From Ascoidea asiatica JCM 7603 (Eukaryota > Fungi > Ascomycota), in contig BCKQ01000015.1 in assembly GCA_001600695.1 (NCBI GenBank), positions 196,552 to 260,551 of the forward strand: 64,000 bases of DNA, in the 5' to 3' direction. Below, one piece after another: positions 39,718 through 51,779 of the stretch. Made by a program: the position numbers and the translations under genes. Under the pieces are notes generated by a model. It made no database searches. It was not told where the DNA came from and saw only the letters and a program-made list of their open reading frames with translations. How positions within the stretch are numbered: position 1 is the first letter of the stretch; each line of letters begins with the position of its first letter.

Positions 39718-39940
39718 TCTTTAAAATTTTGCTGTTGAAGAACCAAAAAAAAAAAAATTATTTTGGGAATGCACTACCACGTGGCGCGCGGCATGTACCA
39801 GGAATGTGGTTGGAATAAAACAAAGTTACGTAAGCATAAACACTTTCCTTAACCGGACACGAACTTTCATATCCGGAATCGATTATCTTTTTGTGGTTAC
39901 AGGAAGAGAAGCAACACAAGAAGCAGAAACAGACGAAAGA

Positions 39941-39986
39941 GAATTGAATTGAATTGAATTGAATTGAATTGAAGTGAAGTGAATTG
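39941..39986. repeat. (GAATT)n pentanucleotide microsatellite
   Basis: Six perfect GAATT units followed by GAAGT variants. Confidence 0.9.
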
Positions 39987-40295
39987 GATGGTCATGGGCA
40001 GGTTCAAACAGATGGAATAATGAAACAATGAAAAATTTGATTGTTTTTATTCAATACGTTAAATTAAATAAATTCATATTATTCTTGTAATCTTCAATAT
40101 TTCAAACTTCTGAAACTTCATTCAAATATTGAATGTACTAAATTACAAATAGAAATAGCAAAATAAAATGTGCAGGATCATTTATTTTAAAACTAAAATT
40201 ATAATCAAAACACCTTCTTGAATAGAAAAGCACTTGAAAAAAAAAATAAAGAAAGAAATTTCATCCATATTAATATGTAATTAAGCAAAAAGCAA

Positions 40296-40330
40296 TACTA
40301 ATTCTGTGGATCGAACACAGGATCTTTTGG
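40296..40330 (-). pseudogene. tRNA-Phe 3'-half relic
   Basis: Minus strand GATCCTGTGTTCGATCCACAGAATTAGTA matches the T arm and acceptor of yeast tRNA-Phe (GGTCCTGTGTTCGATCCACAGAATTCGCA). The 5' half is not recognisable. Confidence 0.65.
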
Positions 40331-40440
40331 TCTTATCTGAGAAAACACCAGCAAAGCATTAGCATTAAGACACATGATATGTTGAATAATGTCTCGTGAC
40401 AACTTATAAATTCAACCTACCCAATTTCTGTGTAAGCTTT

Positions 40441-40512
40441 TCCGATATAGTGTAACGGTGATCATACCTCGCTTTCACCGAGGAGACCCGGGTTCGACTC
40501 CCGGTATCGGAA
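40441..40512 (+). tRNA. tE(UUC): tRNA-Glu(TTC)
   Basis: TCCGATA/TATCGGA acceptor stem, CCTCG-CTTTCAC-CGAGG anticodon arm and CCGGG-TTCGACT-CCCGG T arm. Near-identical to yeast tE(UUC). Confidence 0.97.
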
Positions 40513-41241
40513 CATATAAGTTCCGATGAACTTTTTTTACTTTACTTCTGTGTGCCCTGAATGTGTTTACTTTTTGGCCTTACCGCCCTGGATAAAAAAT
40601 AAAAACATGGCTGGAAACCGAAGATCCACTTTTAACTATGGAGTTGCTGTTAAGTATGGAGTTGCTGTCAAGTATGGGAGCAACAGCAGTAACAATTTGT
40701 TGGTTGCTGGCTTCGCTCTATCAATTTCTTGGGAGATAGAGCAAAGGATCCATGGTGCTGGTTCGATAATTTTAATATATTGTTTATCAATAATATTTAT
40801 TCAACTGGTTTTATCAAAATAATTGGTCAATAAGTTTCTGAATTTGAAACAAATTTAAATTTGATCAAAGATTCACAAGTAATGTCTCAATTAATATTTT
40901 CAAAGAATGTATCAAATCATCTAAAAATTTTTTAATTGTATTATTGATTCTATATTATTCAAACATGACTAATATAGTCCATGAGTTAATGAATAATAAC
41001 AAAACAAATACTCAAAGATTGAAAGCTTTTCAATTAATAAAAATTAAAAACTAGATATTTAAAAAGATTAATAATAAAAAAAAACAATAAAATGGATCAT
41101 CAAAAAGAATTTTGAAAAAGAAAACATTAATCTAGGATTGAAAGAAAAAAGAAAAATGAAGTATTATCTGTAGTTTATTATTATCCAAGATTACATTTCA
41201 TTTAAAAGCTTTAATCAAAAGAAACAAATTACAAAATTAAA

Positions 41242-42858
41242 ATGTTTTGTATAGAAGTTTATCACTCAAGATTTAAAAGATTTTATAAAAACTTGAAAAA
41301 TATTCCATTTATACTATTTTTTTTATTCTTTTTATTAATAATTTATAATTATCTGTCTATTTTCTTAAATTCAATTTAATAAATTAAAATCAAAATGATA
41401 TAATTAATGAAAAACATAATTATTTCAATAATTATAAACATTTGAAAGATATTCAAAATAATAATTCATCATGATCGTAACAATAATATCAATAATAATC
41501 ACAGAAAAAATGATAATAAAATTGATCACATTGATAGTAACACATGATAATGACGAAGCTGATAACAAATCATTAAATAACTTAATTCAACAGAACCAAT
41601 AAAATCAAGAAAATCAAGAAAATCAAGAAAATCAAGTTTAAAATCTTTTTGAAATACAAATACAAAAACTCAAAAAGAAATAAATTTTGAAAAATATAAA
41701 CTAACAACATCAATAACTGATTTTGATTTAAGTGGTTCAAGATTAAATAAAGGTAATGAAATTGTTATTGTTGAAGGTGGAAAATTAAATTGGTTAACTT
41801 TATTAAGTATAAAATCTTTAAGATCAATTGGATCAAAATTACCAATTGAAGTTATAATACCAACTTTAGAAGAATATGAAATTAATTTATTTGGTTGAAT
41901 ATTTCCTGCATAAAATTCAAGATGTATATTATTACCTCATATTTTAGGTAAAAAAGTTACAGATAAATAATTTTGAAATTTTTGTATATTAATATAAACT
42001 TTTAAAATTATTAGTATCATCATTTGAAAAAGTTTCACTTTTAGATTCAGACCAGAACATTTATTTGAAAATGAACCATTTTTATAAACAGCATTAATTT
42101 CTTGGCCAAATTTTTGAAAAAGAGCAACATCACCATATTATTATAAAATTGAAGATATTGAATTAAGTAATAAAAAAGTTAGATATGGATATAATAATTA
42201 TGGAATTTATGGAAGTGGGATTTTAATTGAAGAAAATAATATTAATGATATACCTTTACATGATATATTACGTACAATTCCAGATCCAACAACTGAATCA
42301 AGTCAATTAATGATTAGTAGAAAATATCTAATAAAAACATTATTTTTATCATTATATTTTAATTTTTATGCAGCAGATTTTTATTTCCTTCTCCATTATT
42401 TTCTGAAGGATCAGATGGAAAAGGAAATAAAGAAACACTTTTAGCAGTAGCAGTTGTTTTAATGAAACCATATTATAAAGTTAATAAATTTTTAAATGCA
42501 TTTGGACATTTTGATATCAATAGAAAATTTGTTGGAACTGGAATGGGACAATATGATCCAGTTGAAGAATATAAGATTTTGAACAAGTAATTCAAATATT
42601 TTAAAAAATTATAAGAACTTATTTATATCATTTGATTAAGCTAATGAAGATTTAAAAACAAACAAAGAAATAAATGAAAATAAATTACCAATAAAAAAAA
42701 CTTTAAAAGCCAATATAAATTCATTTGAATTAACTACAAAATCACCAAGAATTTTATTTGTTCAAGCAAAATTTCTTAAATAAAATCCAACTAAATTAAA
42801 AACAAGTGGTAAAATAATTGATGAAAATGGAAATAGAATTCGACTTTATGGACCTGGA
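41242..42858 (+). pseudogene. MNN2: Alpha-1,2-mannosyltransferase (MNN2/MNN5, GT71) pseudogene, 3'-truncated
   Basis: IVIVEGGK...LRSIGSKLPIEVIIP, SSFEKVSLLDSD, WPNF*KRATSP, PDPTTESSQL, GKGNKETL, PRILFVQ and NRIRLYG, with many stops and frameshifts. Confidence 0.88.
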
Positions 42859-43539
42859 ATCGGGCCCGCTATATACTGCCAGATTCGTTCTCTAAAAAAA
42901 ATGAATGGAACAAATATATATCTTAAGTCACCTGATAAAAAAACGGAAAATATTGAAATCCCAATTATTATCAACATCCAAAGACCATTAAAAACTCCGA
43001 ATTTAAGGGTTGCCAAATGGGTCGGAACAAAATTTTGTACCATAAACATCGGGTCACCAAAATAAACGGTTTCCCAACATCAAATTTTCAATAATGTATA
43101 CTTCTTCTGCTTATCCTCCTTCTATACCCTCAAATTCTTTACCTCCTTCTCATTTTCCTTCTCCAACTCCTTTAACTTTTGCAAGTGAAAATTGTTTATA
43201 TATAGATTTTCATTATGATAATAATAGTAATAACAAATATATAATAAAACATTATTACAAAATGAATGATATAACGATACAAATAATAATAATAATATAA
43301 ATTCAACTATAAATATAAATATAACTAACAATAATGTTCTTCTACCTCTTTTTAAAAAAGGCTTTAGATGACTTAGCTCAAAGAGATTGAGAGTTTTTAG
43401 AAACAAAATAATCAAACTGTTGAATTAAAAAATGTTGGTTAAGGTGTTGGCGGTAATGTGTAAATATGTAAATTGAATAATAATATTTTTCATTCTTCAT
43501 ATGCGTTAAAACCAATTGCGTCCAATAAATAAAAAGAGG

Positions 43540-45310
43540 GGCGAGCTCAACTATTAAGATAATTCCAATTTGGAAGGTCTTCTAGTGTTTCAAGTATGAA
43601 AAACTGTGACTGTACTTTTAAGAATAAATATCAATATGCGATTTACATTACCATCAAATAAACGGTTGGCAAAGTTTTGGAAACAATTTTTAAAAGGTAA
43701 AAATCAGTCATGGTCAAATTGGTGAAAACAAGTTTAGGCAACGTTGTTCAAAGTGGTTTCAAAGGTTAAAATTCCTTGACAGAACAATATAGTTCTTCAT
43801 AGTGCGATTAATCCTCAGAAATTGTTTTTGAACAAATTTGGTTAAATAACATTATGTGGTTTTAGTGGTTTTGCTGTCGTGGTAAATTCATTGAGCTTCA
43901 CCATTTACTGAAACTTCTAGGGAATTGCCCCATAAGGAATTCAGCGTCAATTGAATACTGGTAGAAGTAATTTTTGTTTTCAATGTTTAACTTTTTTAGA
44001 AGCTTCAAGGCTTAGCCTTCTTTGATTGGATAAATCAGCAAACAATAAAATGAATGATGTTATTAACAAACATAATTACGACCAACATCCTGCTGCAGGG
44101 ATTTCAAAAAACATCATTGGTTAAAATTGAATTATTATGTTCAAATTTAAAATGTTCAACAGCACATCAAGAGAAACTTGAAAAAGGAATCTTTCGGATA
44201 AAAGTTTTTGGCTGATCCATTGAATGATGCTTAGAACAAAATCAAAAAAAACAGAGCACAAATTAGCCAAATGACTAAACATTTTTGGATGATTGGCCAA
44301 ATGAAAATTAAAGCAAATATGAACCAGCTTGTGTTCCAGTGTCGGAAATGAATAATGGTTTTTTAAACTTCAATTATATTTATTATACTTAAGATACAAC
44401 CTGTAAAAGATTAAATTGAATATAAAAATATATGATCAATAAAACAGAATTTGAACTAAAAAGCATACTTGCTACAACCGCTAGGAGTTGATGATTCGAA
44501 AACCTTAGGGTGTAGCAATCAATTCACTGGGTACGCAATTTGCGCTGGTGTAAGACTTGATTTCAATTGCTTCTTTTTTGCATACGTCTGTTATGGCTCC
44601 GGCGCTAACCGCTGCATTGTATTACCGCGATCGTGACCGTTCATACCAGGTCAATGCCATACTAAGTAAAGAATTCAATATACAGGTGGAAAAAGGGTAC
44701 CAACAAAACCACCAAAATATAAGTTTTTGCAACTCCTGATCCGGCGCTTCAAAGGGTCGACCTAAAGGTTGTATTAGTAAGGGTTCCAGATACTAACATA
44801 TTTAATTATTATTGTGTGATCAGCCTTCATCTAATTACTTTCAAAAGATTTTAAAGGTGGTTATATTTATTAGAACTATAAAACCATCATCGCCACTAAA
44901 ATGCTTTGATTAAATTATGAATACTTGGTTTTAACTGTTAACATTGAGCATAGTTCAAATCCTTGCGCAAACTGTAAATTAATTGAGGGCAGTTTTCAAG
45001 CGTTTCGTTGAACTAAATATGATCTCGATTAAATACAGTTTGTTTATTATCTTCAGAAAAACTTGCAATCTTCGGCTCAAAAAGCTGATAGGCGGCCATA
45101 ACCAAATCTCTGAAAATATTTTGAAATTCAGAGAAATTCAAGAAAACTTAGCCGCTCAGCATATCTGAAAAAAACATATATCTGCATGCTAGATCATAAG
45201 CCTCAAAAGAAGCGCAGTTACATTAGACAATGTGGCAGGAGTAATCCAATCTGCCACCCCCGCTGCATGTTGGCCTCAGCATGCATAATCTCCAGCCCCA
45301 TTTTGGTTTG
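43540..45310 (+). mobile_element. Probable Mutator/MULE transposase relic
   Basis: SMKNCDCTF (N-terminal Zn-finger-like, ~43590), D...N.I...H...ISKNI core-like segment (~44030-44120), SKGRPKG AT-hook (44749-44769) and decayed RQCG...H knuckle (~45226-45285), in the usual fungal MULE order. Confidence 0.5.
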
Positions 45311-45589
45311 AAGAACAAACGAGAACCCTTAAATATTTGACCATTTTTATGTTCCATAATTTACTTCCTAACTTTGATCATGTGCATCCTTCTTTTTGTG
45401 TCATCAAATGTCATGTGAATTTTTTTTAATTTTTTCTTCAATTGTTCAATCGATTCCGTTCTGACAATACCTGGAAAAAAAACACTTTTGAGCTGTGAGT
45501 GCATATTTTCTGTAGCTTCAGTGGATAATGTTTGAAGAAGGTATTTACTGTATCTTCAATACGCCACTGACCAAAACAGAAGAGATGTT

Positions 45590-47260
45590 ATCTGAGTCCT
45601 GTTGACAGAAATTGTTCTTCGATCATTTCTGACCTCAGTAACTACAATAGTCAATTAGTGTAATCTTCAAAAAAATTTCATTTTAATTTTACTACAAAGT
45701 TACCTTCTTTTTTATTTTTTTATTTAATTATTTTTTATTTTCTTTTTAATTTTTGTGATACATCTTTGTATCAGTTTTACATCGGATAACGCTTCCGCGT
45801 TTTTTTTGTTTTTTTTGATACAAGTTTGTATCAGTTTTATTATTGGATACATTTTTCTATCACTTTTATTTTTTTGACACACTTTTGTATCAATTTTATA
45901 TCGGATGTTAGTTCGGTGTTTTATTTATTATTTCTTGATACATATTGTTATCCATATCCTATCGGTTTACATATCCGGTCATTTATTTTACACTTTCCAT
46001 ACACTTTTGTATCATTTTTATTTTTTTGATTCACTTTTGTAGCTTTTTCAACTTTTATGCTACCTATTAAAGGGAAATTTACTCTGTGTTGTTTTTTTAT
46101 TTTTCTTCTTTTCAATTTTATTATTATTATCAACTCAATTTGAAAATGTCAATGAATGGAACTATTACATCATCAACTTCAAGCTTTGATATTCAAGTAT
46201 GGAAAGAAATTCCTAAAATAGTCAAATATTATTCCGAAAACTGAAATTTACATTTTTATCTTGATAAGACTTCATTTAATAGCTTATCTCCTTCAATTCA
46301 AACTTTATTTCTTAATCTAGTCAAAGCAAGCGGCAATCATTTCCCTATCACTTTTTATTTTGTCAAAGCGGAATTATTAATTTCATATAAAAATAATACC
46401 CTTTCATATATGGGAGAAAATCTCATTTTTTTAAATTATTTAAACTATATTTATAGACTAAATCATTTTCATCTCTCTGAAATTGAAATTATTAAACCTA
46501 ACAATTACAATTCAATTATTAATCTACCGTTCGATAGTCATATTCAATCAACAAAGTTTATTTTTATTTTACATTCAATTTTATTTGCAACCAATCAAAA
46601 TCAATTAAATTATCAAAAAGAGATTTCCGGAATTATTTGTGAAATCATCCTAGAACCACATAAATATAACTTACGTAATCAAACATTAATTCAACTTATC
46701 ATTGCTCATCATCAAAATCTCAATAATCTTGAAACCAGAACAATGGAACTAGAAATTATTAGTCAGAAGGTATTACGTCATCAATTAATAAGATTGTCAA
46801 AAATCAACTTCAGGAAGAAATCCGATCCCTTAACCGTCTAACCCGCTATAGATTATACAAAAATTCAAAAAATAGAATTTATTATAGGAATGGAAAATCC
46901 GAAATTGAAATATTGTAATTGATCCAACAAATCACACTAATAATGTCTTACACTTTTCCGTGTTGAATCCAATAGGCAGGTTTTATGGAAAACGGAATTA
47001 TAGAAAAAAAATTAAAAGTAAGTAGCCCAATATTCCGAAAAAGATGTTTGAAATAATAATTCTCTAATTTCATTTAGTAATTGTAGTCCCGTTAGGATCA
47101 GATTCTTATGATCTTGTTATTCCAAATCAATAAATTTTTTTCCTTTTATTACTACTTATTTTTTTTTTATTACTATTTATTACTATATACTGCATTGTCT
47201 TTTATATAAGTATGCCCCAAATATCTTCTTTTTTTTATTACAACTGCAGTTTTATTTTTT
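45590..47260 (+). mobile_element. Repeat module copy 2: post-integrase-like segment, 30-bp array (45756-46045) and orphan ORF (ATG 46146 to ~47130)
   Basis: One frame runs from ATG 46146 (MSMNGTITSSTSSFDIQVWKEIPKIV) through ORF 46410-46841 with few stops. Colinear with 16050-17760. Confidence 0.8.
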
Positions 47261-47990
47261 TGTCGAATATTATTCTTATTATAAGTATTCATATTCAATT
47301 ATTTCCATAATCTCTCTGTAAAAATTTCTATAAATATATTGAGAAAGAAAGGTCTATTTATATTAACTTGGCCGTAGATCAGCAAGATATATATCTTGTA
47401 AATCTTGCCAGCTACTTCCCATAAGTATGGCAAAACGGATGCAACTTGGGAGCCGCAAATAAAGGAGGATATCACTTTCTACCTGTAATATTTGTGGTTG
47501 AAATTACGTCTCCTAATCTCAAACAACAAGTTAGTATTCTGCATCTACAATTCGATTGAAGGTACAAGTAAAATTTCTGTTTGATAGAACCTACAAGGAC
47601 TTTCTCTATAAGTTGGTACATTCGGCTATCGGAGTAGCCAATGAATTTCTTGTAGCTAATCAGTAATCAATTAACCCTCATGAAGCACATGACATCGCGT
47701 TGTTCTCCGAGGACCGTTATGCATGGCAAGGCATCACGTCTTCTACAACCGCATATTAGCCCCTCACAGAAATATATGAACTAATAACTGCTTTGTACAA
47801 TTACCAATTGGAATAGGAAACCTGCCGCTCGGCTGTCCGTGAATCCGAATCACTCGAGTATACCGCAATCAAGTTCCCGTCTCCCTGATTACGTAATCAG
47901 TTACCTAATCGGGACCACGCCAGTGAATCTGAGCAATGACATGGAACATTGTACCTGGAGAATACTTCAAGTATCTCCATGTTACATCTT
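47261..47990 (-). repeat. LTR family B copy 1
   Basis: Homology to 63470-64000 starts exactly at TGTCGAATATTATTC in both copies. Minus-strand TATAAATA near 47360. Right end uncertain (candidate ...CATGTTACA near 47987). Confidence 0.7.
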
Positions 47991-48089
47991 GTAATCTGTA
48001 TGCAGACAATACATATTCACTGTTGATTGTAGTTCGAACGAAATATCTAATTATTACTAAGAAGATATCTAATTCAAATTATAAACAAT

Positions 48090-48509
48090 TGTTAATTAAA
48101 ATATAAAATGTATAAAAATTATATAAAAAATATGGGAGGTTAGTGCCCTATTTATATTAGTGGTAAATAGGAGCGGATAACCCAGCTTAAGAATAAATTT
48201 GTAAATTTAGTATGTGAAAGTTCACTTCCCATACTTAAGAAAAGAAATAAAATAAAGTATTGTTCTAGAAGACACTACGTCATTCTAAGAACAAACACGA
48301 AGATTCCAGTTCATTCGAGATGCACACAGAACTTCGAAGAAAGAATAAATAATGCAGACCCAGAATGTTCCAGTACAATTAACATGCACACGGAAGCTCT
48401 GAAAACGCAATAGAATGTAGTCGTAGAACAATCTATGCAATCTTAGAAAGTCTAAGAATAGCCTAGAATATTCGAAAACAATTCCAATAAAAGAATAAAA
48501 TGATTAACA
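48090..48509 (-). repeat. Solo LTR-like element C
   Basis: TGTTAAT...ATTAACA 7-bp terminal inverted repeat and a minus-strand TATAAATAGGG. No matching TSD. Confidence 0.5.
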
Positions 48510-48554
48510 ATCACTGTTAAGGATCACGGCTCGTTTGCTAATACTTGATCAATA

Positions 48555-49588
48555 TGTTGGAAATAATAGAGATCTATATATGCTAGGCCATATATTGGTA
48601 CGAACACCATATGTGGTGAAGGTCTAAAGGACACGTATCTATAGTAGACGTAAAAGCGTTATGTATTATACAATAATGTGTGTACACAATGTATAATTAT
48701 GCATAGAGATGCATAATTACGCATAAATATACATATTGTTCCATAAAGTGCATTAAATTGCATCAAGAATACAACAATTCGCATGACCTTGCATGAGTCC
48801 GTGTCCAGGTACACAGATAGTCGGATATCATGTGATATTCTAGTCGCATGGCATAGGTCATGAGTGCTTGCGTCAGGTATAGCGTCCAAAGTAGAAAAGA
48901 CCTTGAGATTGGTGCCAGCCATATTCGTACAAGCTTTAGGAGCATATTAAAGCTTAGCCACTCGGTACGAGGAGTATTAAAGAGGAGTTAGGATTTAGCG
49001 CCTATCCGGGTACAAGTTAAATCCGAAAAGCCGATCCAGGTAGGGACGTCTTCTGGATAGCTGGACGGGCTAAGCCAACAATCATGTGAGATAATGTATA
49101 ATTGTCCCTGCGTATACCGAATTTTCTCGGAGTAAACAGGAGACTAGTCGAGATAGTCCCGTAAGGGATGTATTCCGAGTACGGCTTGGGGATTAAAGAT
49201 TATTCCCGTCAGTTAGTGTGATTCTCTACCGCACTGGAAAGTGGGCTGATTGGTTTTACTATGGTAAAATAGAATTATGAATTTGAATTGATTTCTAATC
49301 AAGTTTTTAACCATTTTTACAAGGCAAACCTGATTCCCACCCTTATTCTACTACGGAATCCTGGAACTTTTGGGTATTCCCGAGAATTCTCGATAGTTCT
49401 GGGTACCCCTTAGGAATTCTGAATTAATATAAAACGAATCGATTACCTCTTATTTTTTATATAATTTATTTCGTTTTCTTTTTAGATCATCGATTAGTAC
49501 CAGTTAATTTATTAATACATAGTAAGTAAAACATTTGATTATATAATTCGAAATTGAAAATTTGTAAAATGAAAGAGAATTCACAACA
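48555..49588 (+). repeat. LTR family A copy 3 (1034 bp)
   Basis: TGTTGGAAATAATAGAGATC...AATTCACAACA, colinear end to end with 9833-10867. Flanks CAATA/CTAAT do not match. Confidence 0.93.
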
Positions 49589-50202
49589 CTAATTTTGTAA
49601 TTCACCAAATTCTTCTTATTTGAAAGGAAAAAATACGTCAACTTTTTCACGTACAGCCCAGGTTTTATACAATGTTCAAAAAGAAAGCAGCAAAATCCTT
49701 AAAGTAGCTGGTATATGACAGATCTCTATATTCATGTGAATCAATTTGTTACACAAAATACTATATTAAATTTCTCAGTAACAAATGATATTAATATCTT
49801 AGGCACCCTTACAGTTTTTACCACTTTCTTTGAAAATATATACGTAACAATAAGCAGGGGCAAAAAGGTAATGGAGTCAAATCTTAATTCAAGGCTTAGA
49901 TCCGATCTTCATAAGTAATGAGATATGAGAAATTTGACTTTTGGAATTCTATTATTCTTATATATAAAATTTGGTAAGGATTATTCAAAAAAAAAAATTA
50001 TTAAATAAAATAAAAAGAAAAGGAAAGGTCTGTTTATATTAGTTTCATCGAGGAAAATGATATAAAGAAAAGTAATAATTTGATAAAATTATAGTCTACA
50101 ATCCATAGTGGAATTCGGTTTGACTATGTAATCTGAAAATTAAAACCTGATTTCAAATTCAAATATTACAATTTGTACTCTTAGCATATCGTGTGCTACA
50201 AA

Positions 50203-50570
50203 TGTAAAATTTTATTCAAGGCATAAATGGTATAAGCTCAAATTAAAGAAGTCCCTGATCTCCTTTGCTGGAGGAAGAGAGAAGAAAGGTATTTTCGTGT
50301 ATTTATATATCACGAATCAAGGGAGAGTTTAGGACTCAAGCTCGGTCAAATAACGCATAAGATGTGGCGCACTAAGAGGGTAACATCATACATTGTGTGA
50401 CACAATGAGTGACAGGCCCCTTAAAGCCTGATATCTTAACACATGGCCATAGCATAGTACATGACATATATGCACGTAACAAGTATAAATAGAAGACTCT
50501 GGAAACCTGTCTTAGAAATAGAATTCTTCTATTGGATTCTAACAATAAGCACCTGTTAAATATTTATACA
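50203..50570 (+). repeat. Solo LTR-like element D
   Basis: TGTAAAA...TTTATACA with internal TATAAATAG (~50484). Near-TSD ACAAA/TCAAA. Confidence 0.55.
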
Positions 50571-51697
50571 TCAAAGTGCAATTGCTTCGATCAGACAGTG
50601 TTTATAATATATCTGAGCCAAAAAATGTTAATTCTTTTTGAATACAAAAATGGTAGCAAAACCTGGATTCAAATACTTCCTCTAATAAGAAGTGATCCAG
50701 TGGTATCAAAAACCAGGGTCCAAAATTTAACGATTTCTATTTTTTCATACACAACAAATCAAGATCAAAAATTGACGCCAGATATATTTTTGATCACCCG
50801 CGGAACACCGGGCATTCAGAAATTGGGAACAAAACAATTAACCTTAGTTTTTCCGCTCCTACACGTATCAATCATCAGGATCAAGTAGTTTGCATATTGT
50901 TTTATGGTTCTCATCATATGAAGCAAATTGAAATCTAGGACGTAAAGATGAAAAAAATATCTGAAAAAAGTCTTCTGGCTCGCTCAAATGGTTTACTCTA
51001 ACTACAAAATGTACTGCCTCTTCAAGAGCCACACCTAACTAACATTAAAAAGCGCATATATGGCGGTTGGCTACCAAGAAATTAGCGGCATATTAAATCC
51101 CACGTATTTGGGGGATAGGGCATCTGGATATGTACGTGGCAGGTGGCAGCAAAACATGTTAAATTATTGTCCACGCTATTCAACGGTGGCTGTCGGAATC
51201 CGGATCCCCAACCAGCAGCCCATTTATTTTACTTGTGCGCTGTTGATTAACTTAGCAATAATAATTTTATGCTTTTGAAAACAGTTTAAACTTTAAAACT
51301 TTTTCCTATAAAGGCACTGTTCTCTCTTTATTTTTTCAGTTTTTTGTTTTATTTTTTTTTTTTTTTTGGAATTTATACTATTTTTCATTTGTAAACTAAA
51401 TGTCCCAGGGAGGTGGAAACAATTGAAGGAAGCCGTTTTTTTCAATGAATATTATCCAAGATTATTTTCCAAGTTTTTAGGCATTAGTTGGCTTTGCGGT
51501 TGGCTGTGGTCTCATGAAACATCAGCAGAACTTTACGACAAAAGTGTTGCTTACTTATGTCCCTGCTGAGGTGGTCCTTATGTATCATTATTTGCCTCAT
51601 GTCTACGATAATAATGAGACTTAAGAAGTTAACATGATACTAACAAGGTTTGTCAGAAACGCCAAGATGAGGGCTTCCAATAATCACATAAAAAAAG

Positions 51698-51779
51698 GTA
51701 TGTGTTGTTTTCTAATAATTTTTTTTCTTTACATCTTAAATATGTTGTTCTAAATCGGTGTTGCTAACAATTTTTATAG
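51698..51779 (+). other. Yeast-type spliceosomal intron in an unidentified decayed transcript
   Basis: GTATGT donor at 51698, TGCTAAC branch point at 51762-51768 and TAG acceptor at 51777-51779. Upstream TATAAA at ~51307 and ATG at 51400. Confidence 0.55.

Noticed and set aside
40634-40680. 18-bp direct repeat (AAGTATGGAGTTGCTGT) within ORF 40526-40822
   Set aside because: Only about 2.5 units. The ORF has no recognisable homology and is likely spurious.
45756-46045. CRISPR-like interpretation of the palindromic array
   Set aside because: Eukaryotic context, degenerate repeats, short T-rich related spacers and no cas genes.
46138-46150. ATTTGA as a linear killer-plasmid UCS promoter for the orphan ORF
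   Set aside because: Too close to the ATG and expected by chance in AT-rich DNA. No plasmid polymerase genes are nearby.
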